From assembly GCF_009834535.1 (NCBI RefSeq), contig NC_045696.1, forward strand, positions 103,852,001 to 103,916,000: a stretch of DNA of 64,000 nt, in the 5' to 3' direction. The notes beneath the pieces were generated by a model, which saw only the letters and a program-made list of their open reading frames with translations, made no database searches and had not been told where the DNA came from. Source of the DNA: Camelus ferus. Its lineage: Eukaryota. Position 1 is the stretch's first letter, and each line of letters opens with the position of its first letter. A program made the position numbers and the translations under genes. Of the stretch, positions 1 to 12,532 are shown piece by piece.

Positions 1-963
1 GAAGTGGTGCTAAGGATCTCAGATGAAAGTCCATTTAGAAAGACAAAAAAAAAAAAAAAAAGTAATAATGATACTTACAATAGTAACAGCAATATCCAAA
101 ACACTGACCGTAACTATGGTAGTTACTTTCATCAGCACCCTGACCTGCCATACATTTTTCTAAGTCGCCCAAGCCAGTCCACATATATTACCTTACTTAT
201 TCTAACAGAATCTCAGTTTTACATTTTTTAAAAATACTATTTTAGAGGCGGGAGGAAGCTATAAAGTTCTGATGAAAACCAGAGCTTGAGTTAAAAACAA
301 AACCCTGAAGTCTTCAGTGTGGTGTTTTCCAACTGCGTTCTTGACAAGAAGTCAGGGGATTTCAGCATGAGAAATTACGAAGCCCCATTACCATGAATTC
401 TTAGCTTTGGTGACTGTGACGTGGCCTGATTGTAAAATCCTCAAAAGGGAGTAACCGAACATTCATAAAGCTGACCCAGGGCAAGACGGGGCCTTGTCCT
501 TCTGTGCCATGAAAAGCATAAAACCAACTGGTCCAGGCACTGCTTACATCAGCCAGCTGTGCCCAGACCACATCTGTGCATCAGACATCACAGGGGTGAT
601 CTGAGCCCTGAAAAGACTATGGGGCCCCACATTTGAATTCTACCCCTCTTGTGGAATTAAGATTTTTCAAAATAACAAAATACAAAACTGTAAGTTAAGG
701 GAGCTCAAGAAAGTCTAACTTTCCCCATGATGTCTACTTGGATGCTGTTTTGAAAATGTCAAAGATCAAAATATTTACAAAGCAGGTATTTTTTACCTAT
801 GCCTTGCTGGTGTGTCTGTGATATGACCCAGGATGCTGTACCAACACTGTAGACAGGTTGCATTAACAGTGGTGAAATTCTGATTTGGTGGCCACACACC
901 TCTCTCTGCCATGCTAGGCAGCTAGACATTAGAAATGAGGAGGTTGACGCCACCTCACCTCTC

Positions 964-1447
964 TGTAACAGGGAAGAACAAATCTGACTCCATATTGGAT
1001 CTGCTTTTTTTACTTTAACCTTCGTAGTCTATTGCTTTTACTACAAGTTAAGAATGCTGCCCATAGCCTGAAATATACAAGATAGCTCACTGTCAAGACT
1101 CTGAACTTTAAAGGTATAATACTTCTTCATTCATATAGAAATTAAAAGTTACAGAACAAATAGTGGTATTTGTCTCCTTGAAGGTTTACAGTAACATCAT
1201 GACCTGAACTACATGGACAGCTGCAAGAGCAAAGGATTCTGACACCAAGAAGTTTGCAGCAACCAACCTCCTCCTCTTTTAGTATAAAAGAAGCCTGAGT
1301 TCTAACTTGGGTAAGATGGTTCTTCGGGACAGTGGCCCACCATCCTCTTGGTCTGTTGGCTTTCTGAATAAAGTTGCTATTCCTTACCCTCAAAACTCAT
1401 CTCTCCATTTATTGGCCTGTTGTGCAGCGAGTTTGGACTTGGTAACA
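964..1447 (+). mobile_element. Solo ERV1-class LTR (MER41-like)
   Basis: Starts TGTAACA and ends GGTAACA. TATA-like TATAAAAG near 1283, AATAAA near 1367. Flanks tctc/cctc look like a 4-bp TSD with one mismatch. Confidence 0.8.
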
Positions 1448-2165
1448 CCTCTACATGTATGTCAATTCCTGCATACTCAGTAATTTGAGGAGTCATTATC
1501 ATGTGGCTGTTGAAATTAACAAGCTGTGACTACTGAGTCTCCCCAGTGAATGGACCCTGACACTTTTCCTCCTTGACCATGGCCTTTGGCCCTGTCTTTC
1601 CTGGCAGATTCCTTTAGGCTTGAACATCCAGCAACAGATCATCCCCACCTGGCTCCAGTTTTTGAAACATGGTACTTGTTCTCAACTAACTTCTTTTGGT
1701 TGCTCCCTTTTTGCTGCTTGTAGCAGGCACTGTACCCTCCTATTCAACCTGGTCTTATCTTTAGCTTACTCTGCCAGCTCAGCTAGCTCTCACAAGACCC
1801 AAGAAAATGGACTTTCAAAGGTTGAAGCATTTTTGCAACAAATCAACCTGTTATTCTATTCCCCTCCTCCTTAGCCCACCCCTGGTGTGAGGGAACAGAG
1901 CAGAGGCCAGGGAGCAGTAATAGGAGATGAGACCAGGCTTTGGGCTCTGTGAGAGCCTGAGAGCTGTGTTAAATCAGCCAGTAGCTGGCCTTCCCACACA
2001 ATGGACAATGTGTATTCTTCAGGGTGTGGGTGCCAAAAATGTCAAGTCCAGGGGCAAAATATAATAAGAAACCAGGGTATCTAGCAAATATCTAGCCAAA
2101 TATTGACAACAAAACTAGAGAACTAGGTACCAGGCCGCTCAGGCAAGGATGGTAGTCCATTTTTA

Positions 2166-2192
2166 TAGTATATATGCTGCTGAAATGAGCAC
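2166..2192 (-). pseudogene. 5' fragment of U6 snRNA, tailless retropseudogene
   Basis: Minus strand GTGCTCATTTCAGCAGCATATATACTA matches the U6 5' end GTGCTCGCTTCGGCAGCACATATACTA at 23/27. Flanked by the direct repeat tagtccattttt(t)at. Confidence 0.8.
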
Positions 2193-3009
2193 ATATAGTC
2201 CATTTTTTATTGAAGTTCTTTATGATGCCTTGGGGGTATCATAAGGGCACCACCATATGTTTTCTGATATTTACCAGTGAGGGGGATACTGCACTAAGAC
2301 CAACAATGGTGAAAAGGCTGAATAAAATATAAAATCAGTTCAGAATTCTCCAAACAGGGCTTATAACCTTATCACTCATTATTTCACTAAATGCTTTGAA
2401 ATTTTCCTGAAAAGTAAAAGCTAGAATTATATATCAAATCCTTTGGGGAGCGTTAATCTCCCCAGCCTGAGCCTTTTTAGTCTAGTTTTAATTGTTTCTC
2501 TAATAACTTGGTTTGAAGAGTCCATCTTGTCAGGGATTTCCTCCTCTACCTCCCAAGATTAAAATGTATGCCAAGATCTAGAATAGATCCCAAATCCCCC
2601 AGGAGCAGACAGAACCAGGAGTCAAAGAAACCATGAGCTTTCCTAGAGAACACTGGGGCTTAATGTTGGGGGAACAGAATTCTCTTGGAGAATTCCAACT
2701 AACATGACTAGACCCAGGACCAGGAGACAGAGCCAGAATGGTCCAAGACCAAGAGGACCTTGGAGGGAAAAAAAGAGGGGAGGAATGTCCTTCATGGTTC
2801 ACTGGCTATTGGTGCCATGCTGGTGCTCATATAAAGGCTCAGGATCAGAAGCGACATAGCCGTCTTGAAAAATCTCACCCATGGCTCTTTGCCCACTCTT
2901 TACCTAAGCGTGTCAGATAGAGAATTCTAAATATATGATCTTTTTTACTTCTCCCACTGCTTCATTCTGCTATCCTGTCCTTGAGCATCTCTAAGTTTCT
3001 GATTATGCT

Positions 3010-3445
3010 GTGCCAGGGAGGACTACCTCTTCTCCAGAAACCCTCCAGAGATGTCACTGGGAAGTAGCTGCCCACTGCCCACCTGGGACTACATTTCCCA
3101 GATCCCTTTGCAGTCAGATGTGGTCATGTGACTGGGTTTTAGTCAACAGAGTGTGAGCAGAAGTGTTGTGTGCCACTTCTAGGCAGGGGCCATGAAAACC
3201 TCCTACGTGCCCTTGCTCACATTCTTTATTCTTCCTCCACTGGGAAGTGGAAACAATCCCAGATGACCTTGAAAACCACATACCGTGGAAGGTGGAGCCT
3301 CTCTCAACCTGTGTCTCTGAAGGAATGCATGAAAGAGAGTTGCCCCACTAACCTGTGCTGTTACACGAGCAAGAAATAAACTTCTATTGTGTCTGAGCCA
3401 TTATCCATTTTTCAGTTTGTTACAGCAATCAGCCTATCCTATTAC
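3010..3445 (+). mobile_element. MaLR LTR (MLT1I/J-like)
   Basis: Characteristic gactacatttcccagatccctttgcagtcagatgtggtcatgtgactg, and a 3' aaataaacttctattgtg...tttgttacagc. Confidence 0.7.
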
Positions 3446-4267
3446 TATTATCCTCTTTGATACAGCTGTTATCATTTTATGCAGACATCCCTGTGCCTAC
3501 TCCCCTTTCCTTAAAAGAACAGATTTAGTAACCTAAATTTAAGCAGCCAGTAGGGACAAATGACACTCACCAAATTAATGGTCACAGCATTCAGATCTTT
3601 CAGCCCGAAGAAGAGTAGTTTAGCAGAGACTCACTTCCAAGACAACCTGATATACTAAAATAAAACAAAAAGTAAAATGTGAGATCTACAAAACGGAGAT
3701 ATTAGAGTGTGATGGTTAATTTCCAAAGGGTGTTGTCAGTTTACAAAGGAATTTGCCACTCTTTTCAGTAAACAAGCTTCCCTATTGCGTTTATAAAATA
3801 AAATTCATTTTTAAATACCATCCCCTCCATCATTTCAAAACAGAATTTATAAAGAACAATTCTACTCTGCTAAGTAAGCTATACAAAGACTAGATGCTGA
3901 CTCAGGAGATGACTTTGGAAGCCAGGAAAACTGGGTTTGATTTCTATGCCTGTGTGCTCTGCAGTTCTGTACATGTTAAAACTTTTCTCCTGGGAACTTA
4001 ACTTTCTTAGGTAGAAACTTCCAGAGCTTGTAAAATTATAGCCTACGCAAAGACTTAAGATTTTTTAGGTGAAGTTAAAACAGACACCAAAATACATTAT
4101 AATCTGTCTTTGTGTTTAATACCATCCCAGATGCGATGGCACAGTGGGAATGAAAATAAGATCTCTGTAAACAGGGCCATCAGACAATGGAGGTGCACGC
4201 ACCAGAACAGCCAGAGACAACCAGAAACACACTCAGTATAGGCGGCAGGTTGTGGTCATTTTCTTAC

Positions 4268-4436
4268 CAGAGCTGCCATCTTTTAAAAGGTTAGGTGCGA
4301 AAGTACCATTTGACAGCACAGGGCACATAGTTTCCTAGAACAGGGTTTGTTTTTGTGTCTGATTACTTGGTGTAAGATCCAGGAAGCAAAGCGTTCAGAA
4401 CTCTGAACAAACATTCTGGCAGCCCAAAACAGAGCA
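4268..4436 (-). other. ZBTB38: Putative next non-coding exon (169 bp), likely ZBTB38 5' UTR
   Basis: Strong acceptor ctcttgttttgtttcctcttcctccttccgccccAG (AG at 4438-4437) and donor CTG|GTAAGA at 4267. Confidence 0.55.
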
Positions 4437-4525
4437 CTGGGGCGGAAGGAGGAAGAGGAAACAAAACAAGAGGGCTGACGGGGGAAGGCACGAGGTGGGC
4501 CATTTTCCCCAGGATTTCAGCCTTA

Positions 4526-4526
<1 letters not shown>

Positions 4527-4564
<38 letters not shown>
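4527..4564. repeat. (TG)19 microsatellite
   Basis: A perfect dinucleotide run read directly, followed by TA/CA/CTAT low-complexity sequence. Confidence 0.97.
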
Positions 4565-4568
<4 letters not shown>

Positions 4569-4689
4569 CATACACACACATATACATCTACCTATCTATC
4601 TACCTATCTCTATATTTTTTTTTTTTGGAGAGGAAATGCATTTTTGTCTGGTCCTGCGGAGAAGAGAAAGATCAGATAGATTCCTTTGG

Positions 4690-5440
4690 TGCCGTATTTG
4701 GACGGTTCCCCAGCCCCCACTCCCTCCCTCTGGGCTGGGGCCTGCCAAGCGCAGGTGTCAGGGAACAAGATGGCGCCCCACGGCGAAGGGCGCTGAGTGA
4801 GGGGGCCCAGGGGTGGGCCTTCACTTACTCGGAGGCGCTGGCTCCTCTGAAACCCAGACGCTGCCAACTCCCTGGGCTCAGGAGTTACAACCGCTTTCTT
4901 GCTCTGGGTTCTTCACTCCTTGTCGAGATCAGCTCCACATATTTTTCTGATGATGTCACCCATTCTGACTTCCTACAATTTTGAAAGTTGATCTATAAGT
5001 AAAACCTTCTGTGAGGCTTCAAAAAAACAAAAGGCAGCAGAAAAGGAAAGAAAGGTGTGCTGAGGGGCGATGGAGAGGAGGAGGAGAGAGGCAGTTGCCT
5101 CCCTATTTTGAGATTTGCTGCAGCCTGCGAGTGCCACTCCCCAGTTTCCTGGCTGCAGAGGGAGGCCAGTGGCAGGGCGTGGGTGACGTCAGGGCCGGGC
5201 CTGAGTCATCGCCAGCGGCCGGTCTGCCCTGCCACTCGGAAGGGGACAAAAGGAACCTTTGATGTCCAGGGGCCCTCCTCTCGGGACACTCGCCTGTATG
5301 AGCAGCAGGCCAGAACATTCCTGCCGCCTCCCCACCCCCGGCCGCCCTTCCTACTTCCGGAACCATCCCAGGCATATTCAGCAAGGCCTCCCCAGGGGAC
5401 ATCACCCTCCTGCATGGCAGAGGCAGTGCCGCTTCTGCCA
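4690..5440 (-). promoter_or_regulatory. ZBTB38: CpG-rich promoter, probably of ZBTB38
   Basis: Elevated GC and CpG. Full CRE TGACGTCA at 5184-5191, AP-1 TGAGTCA at 5202-5208, KLF/SP GGGCGTGGG at 5175-5183, ETS ACTTCCGG at 5353-5360, and a minus-strand donor downstream. The gene identity is inferred from PXYLP1-ZBTB38 synteny; no ZBTB38 CDS is in the window. Confidence 0.6.
4829..4975 (-). other. ZBTB38: Putative non-coding exon (5' UTR), likely ZBTB38; 5' boundary uncertain
   Basis: Consensus donor CGA|GTAAGT (plus strand acttac at 4823-4828) just downstream of the promoter motifs. Confidence 0.5.
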
Positions 5441-7719
5441 AAGAGAGAAGCAGGGGAGGGTGTTTCTCTGCAGAACTCTCACCTTGCCCTTTGGCAACCC
5501 CCTTCTTCCCTGAGGTGCCACCTTACGCAGGCAGTCACAGGGGTCCTAAAAAAGATCTGGAAAGGTGGCAGGTGCTCTTGTCACCCTCTCTGGGCAGCAC
5601 CCAGCACTCAGTGTCTATTCTCTGACTTTGTGCCATGACCCTGGGCCTCAGCTCCCAGCTCTCCGGGTGCCAGAGCAAACTTGTGCTCCCTAGATTGACG
5701 AGAACCCCTCTCTTTACGAGGGGTATTTATATCCCAATGCCTGCCAAGGGGCTCGGTAAATGCACGGTGAATAAATGAAAGGTAATTTTAAAATAAAATA
5801 GTAGAGAACATGTATTAAATGCTATGGTGAATGTCGGAGCCTCAGTGCTAAGGGTTTTACAAAGATGATTTCATTTATTGTTATCATAAGAAAGCTGTGA
5901 GGTAGGTATGATTATTATTCCCAGTTCTATAGATGAGGTGCTCAGAGAGATTAAGACATTTTTCGGAAGTCTCACAGCTAGCTAGTGGCAGAGTCTGGAT
6001 CGTCTGATCTCAAATCTTGTGTTCTCAACTATGACGCTGAGTGGCTGAGCAAATGAATGAATACTGACCAAGAGCGGCTTGTCCAGGTGAAGGGAAATGA
6101 TGGCAATGATGGGGCTTGAAACCAAATCCTATAAGGAAATCGTGGAGCAATTAGGGATGATCTGTGTAGAGGAGTAGGCCTCATGCTTTCCTGATGGGTC
6201 AGTACCACGTCTGAGGCTTGCTGGGATGCCCAGAGGGGCCAGGAGGGTAAGTCCGGTCATGTCCAAGTGGAGGCGAGGAGCTGGACCCTGAAGACAATGC
6301 TAGGGAGGTCTGGCGGCGTGTGGTGGATGCAGGGGCTGAGAGCACAGTGGACAGAGCAGCTCAGAGGAGCCGAGGCCAGACTTGTCTTTATTGCCCCCTG
6401 GCCCCGTGGGTGTAGGTGGGAGGGTCAGTGTAACTGAAGGCACGAGTCTGAGGCAGACAAGAAGACCACAGGCAAGGAAGAAAGAGGGCATTCTCCAAGA
6501 CTCTGAGCCCTGGAGAAGGAGCTGGAACTACCATGTGGTTTCAAAGCCCCAGGAGGGGCTGGAGGTGACAGGAGACAGAGCTGGACCTGACAATGGCAGT
6601 CACTGCCCTGAGCACCACCGTACCAGGAATCAGCTGCTTTTCTGGGACGGAGCGAGAGTCCCACCAGTGGCTGTGTTCACACCAAAGTGAGGAGGGTTGG
6701 CACAAGAAGAACACTTGTTTACGGGGGTGTCCGGGCCCCGGCTAAGAACGACCTTGGAGTTACCTTCTTCCCTCTATGGTTTATGATTCTGTGGTTTGTA
6801 CTTTTCCATGGTCTCCCAGGGTAAATGTCTGATTCCAAGAGGAAGACAAAAGCCAGGAATTTCCAGTCCCTGGTGGCAGTGGCCAGGAGGTGTTGGTGGC
6901 CTCCTCAATAATGCCACTCCACCGCTCTCCTTCCCACTGTGGGGCGGGGTGTCGGTCACGGGATCCCTCTCCTGGGCTCAGAAAGTCAATGCCTCTGATC
7001 GTTGGGGACCTTGTGTCATTACCTTGTTCCTGGGACCTCTGCCAGTTGCCACTCTGAGGAATTACACTTGTGCTGTGCGGTCTGACTCCCCAGGCAGGTG
7101 GAATTAAGCAGAGGTGAGTTTCAGAAGAGAGAAAGCCACATGCTTTTAATCAAGGGAGCAGCAACAACGGACCAGGGTCCCTGTCAACGTCCATACAGAG
7201 CCTGACCTTGGGCCTGAGGGACATGCTTTAAGTTCCAGGCTTTTTTGGCAACAGCTTGTTGATTCTTTTCTTCTCTCCTGCAGAAAATGCCTCTAGGCAC
7301 CTCCCTGCTGTTTCCCCAAAGGCTCTGAGGACTTGCTTGCTTCACAGACACAGGTATTTATGTCTTTAATAAGATGAACAGAGGTGATTGTTTTTCAGTC
7401 TACCTTGTGGGACCAAGATAATGTGAAAAGAAAAGTAAAGAAGGAGAAATGAGTAAGCTTAAGTGACACACAGCTCCTTCATTGAATGCTCTGGGGTTGA
7501 TTCTAACAGGGAGGATAAAATCAGAGAATTGGGCAAAACATCTGGGGGCACAGAGATGTAAGTACGGTGACACCCTAACTTCTGCGTCATCTGGAGAACA
7601 CTCCTCTTTGGTACAACAGATGCAGTTATATACTGGAAATTAAAAAACAAAAACAAAGACTTGGAAAACCTGTCTATACTTTCTGCTTCCATTTTCTCTC
7701 ATCTCCATCACTTAAAAAA

Positions 7720-9945
7720 AAACAATTTATTATTATGGTATAATTTATACCCCATAAAGTTAACCCACTTACAGTATACAATTCAGTGGATTTTAGTATA
7801 CTTGCAGAATTATGTGATCCATAACCTAAATTTAGAACACTTTTATCACCCCCCAAAGAAACCTTGTGCCCACTGGCAGAGAAAGCCACATGTTTTTGAT
7901 CAAGGGAGCAGCAACAGCTGACGAGGGTCCCTGTCAGCGTCCACACAGAGCCTGACCTTGGGCTGAGGAAAATGTTTTAAGTTCACTTGCTCCCTCCCCG
8001 CCAGTCCTAGGCAAACATTAATCTCTCTGTCTCTGTAGATTTGCCTCTTCTGGACATTCTGTATAAATGGAGTCACATAATATGTGGTCGTTTGTGTCTG
8101 GCTTCTTTCATTTAGCATAATGTTCTCAAGGTCCATCCACGTTGTAGAATATATCAGTACTTCATTCATTTTTATGCCAAATAATATTCCATTGTGTGGC
8201 TATTCCACATTTTGTCTATCCATACATCAGCTGATACACATTTGAATTGTTTTCATTTTTGGATGTTATGAATAATGTTGCCATGAACATTCGAGTACAA
8301 GTTTTTGTGTGGACATATGTTTTCATGTATCTTGGGTGTAATTGCTGGGTCACAAGGTGACTCCATGTTTAACATTTTGAGGGACTGCCAAACTGTTTTC
8401 CAAAGTGCTGCACCATTTCACATTCCCGTCAGTGATGTGTGAGAGTTCTGATTTCTCCACAGCCTCACCAACAATCTTACTGTCCATCTTTCGGAGCCTA
8501 GCCATCCTAGTGGATGTGACGTAGTATTTCATTTCAGTTTTAACTTGCATTTCCCTAGTGACTAGTAATGTTGAGCATCTTTTCATGAACTTATTGGCCA
8601 TTTATGTATCTTCTTTGAGAAATGTCTATTCAAATACCTTACTCATTTTTAAATTAAATTGTCTTTTTATTTCTGAGTTGTAGAGGGTCTTTATATATAT
8701 TCTGGATACAAATACATCTCCCTGTCTGTAGCTGCCATTTCATGTTCTTAAAGGAGAAAAAATTTTAATTTTGATGAAGTCTAACTTATCGATCTTCTTT
8801 TTTATCATTTGTGCTTTTGGTGTCATGTCTGAGAAACCATTGTGAAACCCAGGTCATAAAGTTTACACCTGAGTTTTCTAAGAGTTTTATAGTTTTAGTT
8901 CTTACATTTAGGTCTATGATCCACACTAAGTTAATTTTTACGTAAGATAGGGATCTAAATTCATTCTTTTCATGTAGGTAGCCAGTTGTCCCAGAACCAT
9001 TTGTTGAAAAGACTATTCTCACAAGAATTCTGTATATCTAAAACTAATCTAAAATTAGAAGGTTATTTAAAAAATAGTCTGTCCTTTCCCTTTATGAATT
9101 GTCTTGTCCCCTTTGTCAAAAATCAACTGACTATATACACACACACAGTGGAATACTACTCAGCTATAAAAAGAATGAAATAATGCCATTTGCAGCAACA
9201 TGGATGGACCAAGGGATTATCATACTAAGTGAAGTAAGTCCAAAAGAGAAAGCCAAATACCATATGATATCCCTTGTATATGGAATCTAAGATCTGATAC
9301 ACATGAACTTATTTACAAAACAGAAACAGACTCACAGATGTAGAAAGCAAACTTACAGTTACCAAAGTGGAAGTGGAAGTAGGAGTTTGAGATTAGCAGA
9401 TACAAACTACTAAATATAAAATAGATAAATAAAGTCCTACTGTATAGCACAGGGACCTATATTCAATATCCTATCATAAACCATAATGGAAAAGAACATG
9501 AAAAAGGATATATATGTGTGTGTATGTGCGTGTATATATATGTAAAATTGAATCACTTTGCTGTACACCAGAAACTAACACAACATTGTAAATTTTAGAC
9601 TATATTTCAATTAAAAATTTTAAAAAATCAACTGACCTAAAAACTAATAAATACTAGTTTACTTCTGGATTCTTAATTCTAGTCCATTGATCTAGACGTC
9701 TGTTCTTAAGCCAGCAGCACACTGTTTGGATTACTGTTGCTTCTGTTTGATTACTGTTTGGAAACTTAGAGGTATGAGTCTACCAACTTTTGTTCTTTTT
9801 CAAGGTTATTTTAGCTATTCTGGATCCCTTGAATTTCCATATAGTTTTTAGGATTATCTTCTCAATTTCTGCAAAAAAAATCCAGCTGGGATTTCGATGG
9901 AGATTGTGTTCTATCTACAGATCAATTTGGGGAGAATTTTTCCAT
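7720..9945 (-). mobile_element. Old L1 (L1MB-like) 3' portion, interrupted by later insertions
   Basis: Minus-strand ORFs give L1 ORF2 C-terminal-like peptides (TTWMDLENIMLNERSQTQ; MKRCSTLLVTREMQVKT; WIIDLNVRTKTIKLLEN). Confidence 0.85.
9132..9622 (+). mobile_element. Younger lineage-specific L1 3' end inserted into the old L1
   Basis: KKNEIMPFAATWMD...HMISL followed by an artiodactyl-type 3' UTR. 14-bp TSD aaaaatcaactgac at 9118-9131 and 9623-9636. Confidence 0.9.
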
Positions 9946-11065
9946 ATGTATTAGCTATATGACTCTAAGGTTACTTAGTATATATCAGCCTCCTTTTCTA
10001 ATCTGAAAAAAAATACCACCTCCTGGGTTTGTAATGCAGATTAAATAAAATAATGCATACATAACCTTATGAGACCTTGACCCACATGGGCCAGTCTCAG
10101 GGTGGTGTCAGTCTGAGAAACCCAGTCCAGTCACCGAAAAGCAACTTCAGATGAATTGGTATTCAGTACTTGCATTTCTCAAACATCATCCAGAGCCCCC
10201 TGCAATTGTTATTAACATCCCTTTTCCCTTCCTATCCAAGCCCCTTATATCCCACAGCTTCAGCCCCACCCTCCATCTTTCTCCCAGGGTCCCTACAAAG
10301 CTTTTTCTCCAGCCCTAACCAACGTTCCTCCAGTCCTTCTACTTCTGTCCAGTTCTCCTTCTGGATGGGGCAAGGAAAGAAACTGGATAGGCAAAGCCAG
10401 AATGCCTCTTAGTGGGCAGGAAGAAAGGAAACGCAGGGAGCACTTGAACTTCATTTACATCCCATCACTCGTATCAGGTGCTTAGTGAAATGTCTGACGT
10501 GTAATAAGGGCTCACTAAATGCAGGGGTTTTAGTTTTCATTGTGGTGGTGGTTCCGTCATGCCCACCTGTATTTGATGTCAATAGGGTGGGTCTAGCTGA
10601 GGACCTCTCAGAATCCAGCCTGGAGCCCACTGCCCAGTGGCCCATCCTCACTCATTTAGGTGAATCTGGGACTGTTGCTTTTTTTTCCTTCCTCCTGAAT
10701 CATTCCTCAAAGAATCAGCCCCCAGAAAAGTGTAAAAAGTTCATCTTTGAGGCTCTGAGGAATGCTTGAGAGGCACAGCTCCTGTTTCCTCCCTCACCCA
10801 GCACCAGGACCCAGCTTTCCTCCTCTCCTCCCACAAAAATTCCTAGAACATTGGTTTTAAAATTGCATGTCAGGACCCACTACCTATTGGGTCACAACCA
10901 GCAATGGTTTCAAGTGACAGAATAAAAGAAAACAGAATAGAAAAAATCCAAGTGTATTACAAGTAAGACATTTGTTTTAGTTTTATATGTGTGTGAGCTG
11001 GGTCTCTCTGTGAAACATATTTCTTACTATGGTTCAAGATTTTTAAAAAGTTTAAAAAACAGTGT

Positions 11066-11277
11066 TGAGATTTGCAAATGTTAACCACTATATATAAAAA
11101 ATAGATAAAAAACAAATTTCTTCTGTATAGCACAGGGAACTCTATTCAGTATCTTGTAATAACCTTCAATGAAAAAAATATGAAAACAAATATATGTATA
11201 TATATGCATGACTGGGACATTATTCTGTACACCAGAAATTGACACACTGTAACCGACTATACTTCAATTTAAAAAAG
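11066..11277 (+). mobile_element. Lineage-specific L1 3' UTR tail
   Basis: gagatttgc...tatagcacagggaact...tgtacaccagaaattgacac...A-tail, with an imperfect TSD aaaaa(a/g)cagt(g/a)ttg. Confidence 0.85.
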
Positions 11278-12165
11278 CAGTATTGGAGGTAGACCTCTCA
11301 TTTTCATTAAGGTGTTTAAATATCTCATAAGGGAGTAAAATAACACCCCTCCAAGTGGCCTGTCCATTTTGATGGGGATTGAAACCTTATGTTCCATCAT
11401 TAGTAAAGGATTTGGGGACATTGAGACCGTTTCCTGTAATTTAACACGTCGATGGAGGAATATCTTCTGTTACCTGTGTGGACATACCTTAACCTGGTTC
11501 CCTCCCTGCCCACCCCCCACCATGCTACCTCTCAGCCATCACCTTCTCTCACTCCCACAATAGCTGCAAATCAACACCTTGAACTTGTGTGGGGTTTTTG
11601 ATTTTTCAAAACTTTCTCACCTACTCCATCTCATTTGATTCTCACAACTATCCCATGAAGTCAACAGCTTAGATCCAAATCCAACCTTGACCATCCTTTC
11701 ACTCAGTATGTAACCTCAAGCACGTAACTCAACTTCTCAGCCTATCTCAGCTCTATTATATGTAACCAGAAAGGTTAAGAGACTTGGCCAACATCACACA
11801 GCCTAGAAGTGGCAGGATCAGGAAGAAAACTAGATCTTCCACCTCTCAGCCTAGTTGTCCCACAGACTTTCTTCATGGAGATGCATAACTTCTTTTTAGT
11901 GATGTGATTCATCTAACTGCCTCACAAAGAATGTTGAAAAAGCAAAGAACATTTTGCACTCTTCCACCATATCTAAAAACAACGACTTTTATGGCACAAA
12001 GCACAAGACAAATAGCTCTTCATGCCTTGTGGTTAAGGGTTATCACTCTCCACATCAAAAGCTATTTATTAAAGGCTGGGGGCATTGGGAACAGAGACAG
12101 CAAAGTCCACCAAGGAGGGAAAACAAGTTCCCCGAGGGCTGTGTTTTGTCCTTTGTATTGCAGAG

Positions 12166-12181
12166 TGCTCCCTCTAGTGGC
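12166..12181 (-). promoter_or_regulatory. CTCF core motif GCCACTAGAGGGAGCA
   Basis: Close match to the CTCF consensus CCASYAGRKGGCRS. Confidence 0.55.
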
Positions 12182-12313
12182 TCTGGAGGAAAATAGCTTC
12201 TGGAAAGCACGTAAGATTCCGTACTGATAGAATCAGAGAATGTTGGTGCTTCAAGGGAGCGTGGTGAGGACTTGGCTCAAGGTTTCCCTTCATTGACGAG
12301 AAATTGAGGACTA

Positions 12314-12532
12314 GAGAAGTGTTCCCAACGGGGGCAATTCTGCCCCCCAGGGAACATTTGGCAACGCCTGTAAACATTTCTGGCTGTCATTTGGCCAGGG
12401 TTGGGATGCTGCTGTCATGAATACAAAGAAGCCAGGGATGCTGCTAACCATCCTACAACACACAGAACAGTTCCCCACCCCAACAAAGAATTATCCAGCC
12501 CCAAATGTCAATAGTGATGAGGTGGATTAGAG
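12314..12532 (+). mobile_element. MER20 (hAT-Charlie MITE)
   Basis: gggggcaattctgccccccagggaacatttggcaa...gggatgctgctaaccatcctaca...ccaaatgtcaatagtg. Confidence 0.8.

Noticed and set aside
5057..5638. 193-aa ORF and overlapping ORFs in the promoter
   Set aside because: GC-rich DNA is poor in stop codons. It has a non-ATG start and no recognisable protein features.
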